A stretch of DNA of 63,709 nucleotides, counting the filler, from Lama guanicoe (Eukaryota), in assembly GCA_013239625.1 (NCBI GenBank). It is 177 parts of 177 records of this genome, joined end to end, with 100 filler letters (N's around TTAATTAATTAA, not from the genome) between each part and the next. Parts side by side here need not be neighbours in the genome. Positions count along the whole stretch, not along the records: positions 47,567 to 47,827 come from PNXV01050103.1; positions 47,928 to 48,188 come from PNXV01050104.1; positions 48,289 to 48,549 come from PNXV01050105.1; positions 48,650 to 48,910 come from PNXV01050106.1; positions 49,011 to 49,271 come from PNXV01050107.1; positions 49,372 to 49,632 come from PNXV01050108.1; positions 49,733 to 49,993 come from PNXV01050109.1; positions 50,094 to 50,354 come from PNXV01050110.1; 169 more parts are not named here. The stretch is one strand, 5' to 3'. The position numbers and the translations under genes were made by a program. The notes under the pieces are model-generated. The model was not told the origin of the DNA, did not search any database, and was given only the letters and a program-made list of their open reading frames with translations. The number at the start of each line of letters is the position of its first letter. The stretch's first letter is position 1. This document shows, one piece after another, positions 47,467-59,377 of the stretch.

Positions 47467-48649
47467 NNNNNNNNNNNNNNNNNNNNNNNNNNNNNNNNNN
47501 NNNNNNNNNNTTAATTAATTAANNNNNNNNNNNNNNNNNNNNNNNNNNNNNNNNNNNNNNNNNNNNAAAAAAAGAAAGTAGTAAGAACACACTAATAACA
47601 GAGGGCTTGGTGCTTAGTGATTCATAAATATGATTTAATTTGCTTTCCCCAATATCCCTATGAAACACTGCTTTATCCATTCTACAGATGAAAAGCAATG
47701 AGATTTAAAGAGATTAAGAGATTTTCTTGGAAGCATATGACAAATCGGAGGCAGTATGCTGTTTTCCAGTAATTCAAAGTAGATATCAATTCATTCATTT
47801 CATAAGTATTTCCTGAGTCACACCGTGNNNNNNNNNNNNNNNNNNNNNNNNNNNNNNNNNNNNNNNNNNNNTTAATTAATTAANNNNNNNNNNNNNNNNN
47901 NNNNNNNNNNNNNNNNNNNNNNNNNNNTGTTTTAACTTTTTTCTAATGTTGAAAATGAGTTTCTAATGTTCATGAGTGATATGAGAAGCCATCATTCAAA
48001 ATTCTAGGCAAGGGGACTTACAGCTGTGAATTTGCAAAGCGGATGCAGCCCTTACACATGGGTCCTTGGTGAGCTTCCCTGAGGAACAGCAGACAGCAGT
48101 CAATGTCAGTCAATCCCATGTCCCTCACAAGAGGAGACCATGGAAGACAGTAGTTCTGGGGTGTTATGTGTGTACACAGATTTTTTTTNNNNNNNNNNNN
48201 NNNNNNNNNNNNNNNNNNNNNNNNNNNNNNNNTTAATTAATTAANNNNNNNNNNNNNNNNNNNNNNNNNNNNNNNNNNNNNNNNNNNNTTGTTCAGAATT
48301 TTCTTTTTAATTTAGGAAAATGATAAATTTGGTTTCAGCACGATCATTTTGAGAGCACCTGGGTTATTTGGGTGGAGGTGTCCAGAAGGACGTTGTAAAT
48401 CTGAGTCTGTAGCTTAAAAAGGTTAGGGCTAGAATTATTAGAAGATCAAATATAGAATGATAATACTTCACCTTTTGCTTGGAGATGGGCGGTGGTAAGA
48501 AGAAGAGATTCATGAACCTAGGAGGGACCAGTGTGATAGACATTGGTGGNNNNNNNNNNNNNNNNNNNNNNNNNNNNNNNNNNNNNNNNNNNNTTAATTA
48601 ATTAANNNNNNNNNNNNNNNNNNNNNNNNNNNNNNNNNNNNNNNNNNNN

Positions 48650-48910
48650 TCAAATTAGCAATGGCATTTTTCACAGAACTAGAACATTTAAAAAAAAAAT
48701 TTGTATGGAAACACAAAAGACCTCGAGTAGCAAAAACAACCTTCAGAAAGAAGAATGGAGCTGGAGGAATCATGTGCCCCGACTTCAGACTATACTAAAA
48801 AGCTACAATAATCAAAATAGTATGGTACTGGCACAAAAATAAACACATAGAAAAACAGAATGGGGTAGACAGCCTAGAAATAACCCCACACACTTATGGC
48901 TAACTAATCT
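48650..48910 (+). mobile_element. L1 ORF2 fragment
   Basis: [48 protein letters not shown]. Confidence 0.93.
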
Positions 48911-49732
48911 NNNNNNNNNNNNNNNNNNNNNNNNNNNNNNNNNNNNNNNNNNNNTTAATTAATTAANNNNNNNNNNNNNNNNNNNNNNNNNNNNNNNNNN
49001 NNNNNNNNNNTTATACCTATAAGTTGAGAAAAAAACATATTTGCAAGTGAAACACTTAAAATCATATCTCATGTTTCCATAAGAGGAATATTTTTATGGA
49101 TTTAATAAAAGCTCATGGACTTAATAAAAGCTCAGCTTCCAAAACACTTGTCAAATTCCTTCTTAAGCAGGGTCTGTGCTGCAGTTAAACCAAGTATTTC
49201 AAAGCGTTTTGATAATTTTTTCCTTTGGTTTACACTGTAGTCAGCTCAACTGAATCACTGTCTTTTACCATNNNNNNNNNNNNNNNNNNNNNNNNNNNNN
49301 NNNNNNNNNNNNNNNTTAATTAATTAANNNNNNNNNNNNNNNNNNNNNNNNNNNNNNNNNNNNNNNNNNNNCACAGGCCCTGACTTCACTTGACTCGCTG
49401 CAGGGATGCTCCCACACTGCACCGTTCCCCCTAGAGACCGAGGGCTTTCTGCTTGTTCTCAAAGGCCCCACCCCCGAGGGGCCACTGGGTCCAGTGGAGC
49501 GTCCAACCTGGTTCCCCGACAACCCTTAGGGCTTTCGTGGGGCCTGGAACATCAACCACCCTATCCTTAGGGGCCTGTTTGTCCTTTCCAGCCAACAAAC
49601 CTAGGTCATAAGCACTTTAACTCACCTGAGGGNNNNNNNNNNNNNNNNNNNNNNNNNNNNNNNNNNNNNNNNNNNNTTAATTAATTAANNNNNNNNNNNN
49701 NNNNNNNNNNNNNNNNNNNNNNNNNNNNNNNN

Positions 49733-50354
49733 TCAGGCAGGGCTGCACGCAAGGGAGGGCTGCAAGGCTTCCTACCCTGCGTGTGTCTCTGGGCAGCGAG
49801 AAGCGCTGTCCGAAGTCCCCATGCCAAACAAGGCGGGAGGCACCTGCTCCGCGGGGTGGGGCCCTCCACCCATAGCCAGGTGTGGGTCAGTGACACAGCC
49901 AGAGCACCGATGACCCTGTTCACCAGCACCTCAGGTGCTCTGACAGCAGCCCCTCCTCCGCCCAGTCTCAGCTCAGAGTCGGCATGCCCAGAANNNNNNN
50001 NNNNNNNNNNNNNNNNNNNNNNNNNNNNNNNNNNNNNTTAATTAATTAANNNNNNNNNNNNNNNNNNNNNNNNNNNNNNNNNNNNNNNNNNNNTTCTGGG
50101 CATGCCGACTCTGAGCTGAGACTGGGCTGAGGAAGGGCTGCTATCAGAGCACCTGAGGTGCTGGTGAACGGGGTCATCGGTGCTCTGGCTGTGTCACTGA
50201 CCCACACCTGTCTATGGGTGGAGGGCCCCACCCCGCGGAGCAGCTGCCCCCCGCCTTGTTTGGCGTGGGGACTTCGGACAGCGCTTCTCACTGCCCAGAG
50301 ATGCGCGCAGGGTAGGAAGCCTTGCAGCCCTCCCTTGCGTGCAGCCCTGCCTGA
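49733..50354. repeat. Two paralogous GC-rich contigs (49733-49993 and the reverse complement at 50094-50354)
   Basis: Identical end points and 12 substitutions by manual alignment. The family is not recognised. Confidence 0.95.
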
Positions 50355-50454
50355 NNNNNNNNNNNNNNNNNNNNNNNNNNNNNNNNNNNNNNNNNNNNTT
50401 AATTAATTAANNNNNNNNNNNNNNNNNNNNNNNNNNNNNNNNNNNNNNNNNNNN

Positions 50455-50715
50455 AAAGAGAGAACTCAAATTATAAATAAAATAAAATTTCAAAATAATT
50501 ATAATTTAATCAATTATAAATAATCATAAAGCAAATAAAAATAAATATAATTTTAAATGATATATAAGATATAAATACAACATATATAAATTATATATTA
50601 TATATAAATTATATATATGAGTATAAATTTATATATTTATTTATATTTATATAATATATATATTTTACACATTTATTTATATATTATATATTTATTTATA
50701 TATTTTATATATTTA
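50455..50715. repeat. AT-rich low-complexity / degenerate (TA)n
   Basis: Almost entirely A and T. Confidence 0.9.
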
Positions 50716-51215
50716 NNNNNNNNNNNNNNNNNNNNNNNNNNNNNNNNNNNNNNNNNNNNTTAATTAATTAANNNNNNNNNNNNNNNNNNNNNNNNNNNNN
50801 NNNNNNNNNNNNNNNCTGAAAAATTGTGCTCTACACTGGAAAATGACACAACATTGTAAACTGATTATAACTCAATGAAAACAGTACTGAAAAAGAAAAG
50901 AAAGAAACAAGTAGCAAAATCAAAAGAGAAATGATAGAGGAAAAAATTAACCTCAATTCATAGTGTAAAAGACAAATGTCAAAACAATCTTGAGAAAGAA
51001 GAACAGAGCAGGAGGTATCATAATCTCTGACTACATAATGTATTACAAAGCTACAGTAATCAAAACAGTATGGTATNNNNNNNNNNNNNNNNNNNNNNNN
51101 NNNNNNNNNNNNNNNNNNNNTTAATTAATTAANNNNNNNNNNNNNNNNNNNNNNNNNNNNNNNNNNNNNNNNNNNNCAAAGTCCCAGGCTTTTCTTACCC
51201 TGCCTGCCCATCACT

Positions 51216-51307
51216 GGAGCGTAGAACTTAGTATGTGGCAGAGCATATGCTTAACATGCAGGAGTTCCTGGGTTCAATCCCCAGTACCTCCATTAAAAAA
51301 AAAAAAA
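51216..51307 (+). mobile_element. vic-1-type camelid SINE with poly-A
   Basis: gcagagcatatgcttaacatgcaggagttcctgggttcaatccccagtacctccattaaaaaa, containing the B box GGTTCAATCC. Confidence 0.85.
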
Positions 51308-52044
51308 GCCAATATAAAAAATCTGAAGCGTGTAGATCCAAATGTGATGTCCATTGTTTAAGTATTTTTCTTTTTTAAACTTTTTTTATTTTATAGTCAT
51401 TTTACAATGTTGTGTTAAATTCCATTGTAGAGCACAANNNNNNNNNNNNNNNNNNNNNNNNNNNNNNNNNNNNNNNNNNNNTTAATTAATTAANNNNNNN
51501 NNNNNNNNNNNNNNNNNNNNNNNNNNNNNNNNNNNNNAAAAAAGAAGCTAACAAAAAGTACATATGTCCCCATGTATACAAAATTATAAAATATGCAAAT
51601 TAATTGATAATGACAATAGTGTTGCCTGGAAATGGGGATGGGCAGTGAGGAGAACGTTTAGAGGAGGATTACAATGGGATATGTGGAAACTTTGGGGTGA
51701 TGCATATGTTCATCAGCTTGATTGTGGTGGTGGCTTCACAAGTATATACGTAGGTCAAATCTTATAAAATTGTACACTTTAAATAGGTACACCTTATTNN
51801 NNNNNNNNNNNNNNNNNNNNNNNNNNNNNNNNNNNNNNNNNNTTAATTAATTAANNNNNNNNNNNNNNNNNNNNNNNNNNNNNNNNNNNNNNNNNNNNTT
51901 ATACCAAGCTGTAAAAAATAAGGGAAGCTTTGATAAGTTGGTATTTAGGATGAACCTTATAGGATTGTTGCTACTGACAGGTAAGGATGGGCAACCAAGA
52001 TCAGAGAAGAGCAGAAGCAGAGACGTGGAGGTAGAAGTGGACTT

Positions 52045-52159
52045 GGGGGGAGGGGGGCTGTATAGCTCAAGTGGTAGAGCGCATGCTCAACGTACATGAG
52101 GTCCTGGGTTCAATCCCCAGTACCTCTTCCAAGCAGAAATAAATGAATAAATCTAATCC
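52045..52159 (+). mobile_element. vic-1-type camelid SINE (tRNA-Ala-like)
   Basis: tatagctcaagtggtagagcgcatgctcaacgtacatgaggtcctgggttcaatccccagtacctc has A and B boxes and an A-rich tail. Confidence 0.88.
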
Positions 52160-52620
52160 NNNNNNNNNNNNNNNNNNNNNNNNNNNNNNNNNNNNNNNNN
52201 NNNTTAATTAATTAANNNNNNNNNNNNNNNNNNNNNNNNNNNNNNNNNNNNNNNNNNNNACTCAGCTCTTCCCATAAGCATTTGCTTAGTCTGAGTATTA
52301 CTTAATTAACCAATGCTACTGTACGCCTTGAGAGGGACCTTTGCTAGGACTGCTGTGGTAAAATCACACCCTCCGAACTGGGGGAAAAACAACAAGAAAG
52401 AGCAAAAGCCCCCATGTACCTGGAGCCTAGACTACTCTTTTCAACTGAAAAACACTGTTGGGAGGTGAGGGGTGTGTGTGTGTTTGTGTGTTTGTGTGTG
52501 TGTGCTTGTGTGTTTGTGTGNNNNNNNNNNNNNNNNNNNNNNNNNNNNNNNNNNNNNNNNNNNNTTAATTAATTAANNNNNNNNNNNNNNNNNNNNNNNN
52601 NNNNNNNNNNNNNNNNNNNN

Positions 52621-52661
<41 letters not shown>

Positions 52662-52790
52662 GTTTTGTTTTATTTTGCTGGGTTATGGGGGGGTAGCTAG
52701 GTTTATTTGTTTATTTACTGGAGATCGTTGGGACTGGATCCTGGACCGCACGCACGCTAAGCACAGCTCCACTGCTGAGCTGCGCCCCCG
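52621..52790 (-). mobile_element. Degenerate vic-1-type SINE with (TAT)n tail
   Basis: ggag..ttgggactggatcctggacc..gcacgctaagcacagctccactgctgagctgcgccccc, preceded by (tat)n. Confidence 0.65.
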
Positions 52791-53341
52791 CCCACCACGC
52801 TGACTGTTAACATGTGCCTGCAGTGCTGTTCCCTTCCCATTGTCAGTGCTAGTTTAAGGATGTATCTTCAAATTGTAATANNNNNNNNNNNNNNNNNNNN
52901 NNNNNNNNNNNNNNNNNNNNNNNNTTAATTAATTAANNNNNNNNNNNNNNNNNNNNNNNNNNNNNNNNNNNNNNNNNNNNATGGGCTGTGGGCTCTCTAG
53001 AGGCTAGGGGGCTTCACCGGGGCCAGTGGAAATGAGGCTCAGTGGTCCACTGGCGGGGTACTCACGGGCTCTCTTGAGTCCAGTCTGTGGCTGAGTTATT
53101 CTGGAGGAAAGGTGGTCACAGGGAGCATGGCCAGGGGTCAGGAATTTACTCCATTTTTGTCCGCAGAGGTCAGCTCTTTGACAGTGAAGGAGGGAGGTTC
53201 TTTCCTCTGGTGACAGAGATGCCCGTGAACCAGTTCGCACCNNNNNNNNNNNNNNNNNNNNNNNNNNNNNNNNNNNNNNNNNNNNTTAATTAATTAANNN
53301 NNNNNNNNNNNNNNNNNNNNNNNNNNNNNNNNNNNNNNNNN

Positions 53342-53602
53342 AACTCATCTACAAAACAGAAACAGACTCATAGATGTAAACAAACTTATGATAATCGGGG
53401 GAAAGGGGGTGGGAACAGATAAACTGGGAGTTTGAGATGTGCAAATACTGCTGTACATAAAACAGGTAAAAAACAAATTTCTGCTGCGCAGCACAGGGAG
53501 CTATATTCAATACCTTGCAGGAACCTATAATGAAACAGAATCTATGTGCGTATATGCGTGACTGAGACACTTTGCTGTAGTGCACCGGACGCCGGCACAT
53601 TG
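53342..53602 (+). mobile_element. L1 3'UTR fragment
   Basis: aactcatctacaaaacagaaacagactcatagat..gcacagggagctatattcaatacctt. Confidence 0.88.
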
Positions 53603-54784
53603 NNNNNNNNNNNNNNNNNNNNNNNNNNNNNNNNNNNNNNNNNNNNTTAATTAATTAANNNNNNNNNNNNNNNNNNNNNNNNNNNNNNNNNNNNNNNNNN
53701 NNTTGTAAATAGTGCTGCTATGAACATTGGGGTACATGTAACTTTTTGAATTAGTGTTTTCGTATTTTTCTGGGTATATATTTATATTAGGAAGTGGAAT
53801 TGCTGGATCATTTAGTAGTCCTGTTTTTAGTTTTTTGAGGAACCTCCATACTGTTTACATCTATGCTGGTACAGTGGCTGTACCGATTTACATTCCCACT
53901 GATAGTGTGCAAAGGGCTCCCTTTCCACCACATCCTCTCCAACAGTTGTTATTTGTAGATTTNNNNNNNNNNNNNNNNNNNNNNNNNNNNNNNNNNNNNN
54001 NNNNNNTTAATTAATTAANNNNNNNNNNNNNNNNNNNNNNNNNNNNNNNNNNNNNNNNNNNNGCATTACGGAAACACAAATTAAAACAAAGAAATGGCTC
54101 CCGCTTGTCTTCATTTTGAGAGGCAACACAGCATAAAGGTTAAGAACGCAGACTCTAGCTTTCAAGGGCGGTGACTGAGTCTGTGGAGAGCCCCCAGGAG
54201 CCGAAGCTGTCACATTCCCTCCACGTTAACTTCCTACTGCAAACAATAAAGGCTGTTCATACTGTTTTTTTTTTTTTTTTAAAGTGTGTAGACCCCAGAG
54301 CTAAGAGTTCTTGGATTTGAACCNNNNNNNNNNNNNNNNNNNNNNNNNNNNNNNNNNNNNNNNNNNNTTAATTAATTAANNNNNNNNNNNNNNNNNNNNN
54401 NNNNNNNNNNNNNNNNNNNNNNNTCTTTTTAATAAATAGTGCTGAAACAATTGGACATTTACATGCCAAAAAATGAACCCAAACACAGACCTTCCAACCT
54501 TTCATAGAAATTAACTCTACAATGAATCATCTACCTAAATGTACAACACAAAACTATAAAACTCTTAGAAGATAACATAGAAGAAAATCTAGATTACCTT
54601 GGACACAGTGATGACTTTTTTAGATACAACATCACAGGCATGATCCATGAAAGAAAGAACTGATAAGCTGGACTTCATTAAAATNNNNNNNNNNNNNNNN
54701 NNNNNNNNNNNNNNNNNNNNNNNNNNNNTTAATTAATTAANNNNNNNNNNNNNNNNNNNNNNNNNNNNNNNNNNNNNNNNNNNN

Positions 54785-55045
54785 AAGTCCTTCTCATCTT
54801 CCGCTTGCCCTTCTGTGGCCCCAATGTGATTGATCACTATTTCTGTGACCTGCTTCCTCTACTCAAACTTGCCTGTTCTGACACCTTCTTCATTGGTCTG
54901 CTGATTGTTGCCAATGGCGGGACCCTGTCTGTGATCAGCTTCATTGTTCTTGTAGCCTCGTATGTGGTCATTTTGCTCCATCTGAGGAACCGAAGCTCTG
55001 AGGGACGGCACAAGGCCCTCTCCACCTGTGGGTCCCATATCGCTG
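54785..55045 (+). CDS. Olfactory receptor family 4 fragment (OR4X2-like), TM4-TM6
   Basis: [38 protein letters not shown] are hallmark OR motifs, and the frame is open. Confidence 0.95.
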
Positions 55046-55506
55046 NNNNNNNNNNNNNNNNNNNNNNNNNNNNNNNNNNNNNNNNNNNNTTAATTAATTA
55101 ANNNNNNNNNNNNNNNNNNNNNNNNNNNNNNNNNNNNNNNNNNNNAGATTCTGTCCCACATAGGAGGCAGTTAACTTCATTTTGGAGAATGCCTCTGAAT
55201 ATCGCCGTGGTGACTGTAGATGCTCCATTTCTGAAGAAAATCACCACACAGGAAACTCAGTGAAAAAACTAAATATATCTAAGAGCTCCCTTTGGGGGGA
55301 CATATACATCATATATATTCATTTAAATTTTAAAAATACAAAACCTTCAAAGCTCTAATGATGTATATGAAATAAAAGGTTTAAGCCACTGACTGGCCAC
55401 CCCCCCNNNNNNNNNNNNNNNNNNNNNNNNNNNNNNNNNNNNNNNNNNNNTTAATTAATTAANNNNNNNNNNNNNNNNNNNNNNNNNNNNNNNNNNNNNN
55501 NNNNNN

Positions 55507-55737
55507 ATTCTGCTCCAAAAGACCATTCCTAGTAACCTGGCTGTCTCATCTGAGATGGCCCACACTCTGTCCATGGAGGGGGCATCTCTCTGAATAAATC
55601 TACCTCCCCTCTACTGTGACTCACTCTTGAATTCTTTCCTGCACAAAGCCAAGGACCTTCATGTGATGAGGCGATTCCCAAGGACTCACCTTTGATCTGG
55701 GACACAGCCATCCTCTCACCCCACTTTTCCTGTATCA
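55507..55737 (+). mobile_element. ERV1-type LTR 3' half (R/U5)
   Basis: AATAAA at 55593, then ctcttgaattctttcctgcacaaagccaaggacc, ending ...tgtatCA. Confidence 0.7.
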
Positions 55738-55867
55738 CTTATTCAGCTTTCTGCAATAACGCTATTANNNNNNNNNNNNNNNNNNNNNNNNNNNNNNNNN
55801 NNNNNNNNNNNTTAATTAATTAANNNNNNNNNNNNNNNNNNNNNNNNNNNNNNNNNNNNNNNNNNNN

Positions 55868-56128
55868 CAATGTGAGATTATATTTATATATAAAATAACA
55901 AAATGAATATACATATGTAACATTAACAAAATGAAAGATAAACATCATATATTCAACTCAATAGATACAGAAAAAGGATCTGACAAGATTCAACACTTTT
56001 TTATGACCAAAAGCACTCTCAATAAAATGGGTATAGAAAAACTGTACTTCAACATAATAAAAGCCATATATGATAAAGCCAAAGCTAACATAATACTCAG
56101 AGATAAAAAATTGAAAGCTGTTTTTTTC
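55868..56128 (+). mobile_element. L1 reverse transcriptase fragment
   Basis: [34 protein letters not shown]. Confidence 0.92.
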
Positions 56129-57321
56129 NNNNNNNNNNNNNNNNNNNNNNNNNNNNNNNNNNNNNNNNNNNNTTAATTAATTAANNNNNNNNNNNNNNNN
56201 NNNNNNNNNNNNNNNNNNNNNNNNNNNNAAAATATAAAAAAATTGAAAGTGATTTAATTATATTTTGTCTTTTCTTAGGGTGGAATAAAATCTGGACACA
56301 TCTGTAAGATGGAAATAAAACTTAAGTTTCCTGAGGGCAAAAGAACTATATATTCTCTCTGTCCTGATCCATGGCCTTTGCTTATAATGCTATATTGTGC
56401 CCCTTGTGTGACCTCAATGAACTGTAATGAGTATTTATAGTAAAAGAGAAATGCCCCTCTACATGCTGATCTTGTGACTTTGTGGGATTNNNNNNNNNNN
56501 NNNNNNNNNNNNNNNNNNNNNNNNNNNNNNNNNTTAATTAATTAANNNNNNNNNNNNNNNNNNNNNNNNNNNNNNNNNNNNNNNNNNNNCAACTACCTTA
56601 TGTTCTCTAATAGACCGTATATTCAATAAGGTTTCATTTACATCATACACTTCTTGTGTGGTCACAGGAGCACCTAGCTCCAAGTTAGGCACATGATAAA
56701 AATGCACTGATTTGCACAAAGGTGACAACGCTCTTGACTGACCACATTCATCACAAAACAAAGGGCGATCTTTAGTGTTAGGGTGATGGTAATTCATTCT
56801 GATAGAATGAATTGTGCAGCTCTTGTAAACAAAGTCTATTTTATGTTTTCNNNNNNNNNNNNNNNNNNNNNNNNNNNNNNNNNNNNNNNNNNNNTTAATT
56901 AATTAANNNNNNNNNNNNNNNNNNNNNNNNNNNNNNNNNNNNNNNNNNNNTGCCCCACATTAGGGAAAGGGTGCCAAGCCTTTTTATCCTCATACCAACT
57001 GGTCATTACATCTGGGCTGCCCTGCTTGGCGGTGGGGAGTGACTGTGGGTGAGGCAGGTCTTTCTGGATGAAGGCAATCCCCTGAGTGGACTCAGGGAAT
57101 AGCTTATGCCAAGAGCCCTCTGAGCAGGGCTGGGGTGCCCCAGTCCTGGGGTGATGGAGAGGGAATCTGGACAGTGCACTGTAGCATCTACATCAATGGT
57201 CTGACATTGGGNNNNNNNNNNNNNNNNNNNNNNNNNNNNNNNNNNNNNNNNNNNNTTAATTAATTAANNNNNNNNNNNNNNNNNNNNNNNNNNNNNNNNN
57301 NNNNNNNNNNNAAAAAAAAAA

Positions 57322-57404
57322 CAGGTCTAGGGAAGGGTCCAGCAATCTATGTTTTAAGAAGCTCTGCAGGTGATTTTGGTACACTCTGTAGTTTGGAAAC
57401 CACT
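57322..57404. mobile_element. MER5A-like fragment
   Basis: aggtctagggaagggtccagcaatctatgttttaagaagctctgcaggtgatt..gtttggaaaccactg. Confidence 0.75.
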
Positions 57405-59116
57405 GTCCTCAAACCACTGTTGGAATTTGATTTGTACGATAACAACTTCCTAATTTTCCGGACCTCAGCATCTTCCTCAAATCTCTCCTATCTCTGTTAA
57501 TGACAACTCTAGCCATCCAGAGGTTCAGGTCAAAAAATTAGGAGTCATCTTTGATTCTTTTTTTTTTCCCCCNNNNNNNNNNNNNNNNNNNNNNNNNNNN
57601 NNNNNNNNNNNNNNNNTTAATTAATTAANNNNNNNNNNNNNNNNNNNNNNNNNNNNNNNNNNNNNNNNNNNNAAATACATTTACCTTTTTCCTGTTTATA
57701 TAGGCATTTACATTTTATTGTTAGTGGAATTTTAATTTTAGTATCAAAATTACCATATTTGAGCACAGATTCAAGATGTTTTAAAATTCTGAACTTAGAA
57801 ACTGTCACCAAAAATAATTAACTATATTTTTATAATGCTAGAGTTTATTTAAAACATAACATAAATTAATATTGTAGACTTTGATTTTATAGATGTATAT
57901 TATAGATATATTTTTAAACTAAGAAATAAGAGANNNNNNNNNNNNNNNNNNNNNNNNNNNNNNNNNNNNNNNNNNNNTTAATTAATTAANNNNNNNNNNN
58001 NNNNNNNNNNNNNNNNNNNNNNNNNNNNNNNNNAAAAAAAAAGACTTTGGTACTTGTTTACTGATGCATTTTGAGAGTTGTTTGAAATCTTGCTTTTGTG
58101 AATCGTTTTGTAGGTGAGGAGTGTTTGCTAGGGACATTGTTGTTTCAGTCAAACTGGTTGGCGATTTGGGGGCCTTCAGACTGTTACCTGGTACTGAGTG
58201 TGTCTGCCAACTCCAACCTCTCTTTGACTGGCTTCCTTTCTGGTATGAGTGGTTTGGTTAAGTGGATTTTTTTTTCTCATGAGTTTATATTGAANNNNNN
58301 NNNNNNNNNNNNNNNNNNNNNNNNNNNNNNNNNNNNNNTTAATTAATTAANNNNNNNNNNNNNNNNNNNNNNNNNNNNNNNNNNNNNNNNNNNNCCTGTG
58401 TCAGGGCACCTCCCCAGACTCTGTCTGTTGTCAGGGTCCCTCCTCACAGTGGAGAACCCAGAAGTGGGCGCTGGACCCGTCTGTGGTCCGAACAGCACCC
58501 AAGAGGGAGATTGTCACCTCCCTTGTAGAGAGACTCAGACCTCTAGTGACATGCCCTGGGTCAGCTGTGCTGCGTGAGCACATGCTTGGGGATTGGCCTG
58601 GGCTGGGACACATGTTTGCTGAGCTGGAGGTTCCCAGAGCAAGGGCCCTGCCTTCNNNNNNNNNNNNNNNNNNNNNNNNNNNNNNNNNNNNNNNNNNNNT
58701 TAATTAATTAANNNNNNNNNNNNNNNNNNNNNNNNNNNNNNNNNNNNNNNNNNNNTTGACTGACAGTACTAAGTTAAACAGGCACAGAGAATCCTTGTGA
58801 CACCAACCCCAATATGAATCCAGGCAGCTGGTGGCAGGGTCATGCTGCCCGAGCTGGGTGGAAAATGGGAATGGCTGTACTGGGGCACCCTGGGGGAATG
58901 GAGGGGACTGTGTGTCATTCCTGTGGGTGCACAGGGCAGAACATCTTGGGCCCTCTGTTTAGCAACAGAGCAGACGTGCCCTGGGAGGGGAAAGGTGCAT
59001 TCCCCATCTCTGAAAANNNNNNNNNNNNNNNNNNNNNNNNNNNNNNNNNNNNNNNNNNNNTTAATTAATTAANNNNNNNNNNNNNNNNNNNNNNNNNNNN
59101 NNNNNNNNNNNNNNNN

Positions 59117-59377
59117 TTCTTCCAATTCATGAATGTGGCATATCTTTTCATTTGTTTGTGTTGTCTTCAATTTTTCTCTTTAGTATCTTATAGTTTTCCA
59201 AGTAGGGGTCTTTTACCTTCTTAGTTAGATTTATTCCTAAATACTTTATTCTTTTTGACATGATTATAAGTTGGATTGTTTTCTTAATTTCTGTTTCTAA
59301 TAGTTCATTGTTAGTGTATAGAAACACAGCAGATTCCTGCACATTGATGTTGCATCCTGCAACTCTACTGAATTCAC
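59117..59377 (-). mobile_element. L1 reverse transcriptase C-terminal fragment
   Basis: AVFLYTNNE..KRIKYLGINLTKKVKDPYLENYK. Confidence 0.93.

Noticed and set aside
49733..50354. Large inverted repeat or hairpin across the spacer
   Set aside because: These are two separate contigs output in opposite orientation, so the adjacency is artificial.
52055..52128. Functional tRNA-Ala gene
   Set aside because: It has a G-rich leader, a degenerate anticodon arm and an A-rich tail, and has divergent relatives in the window. It is a SINE.
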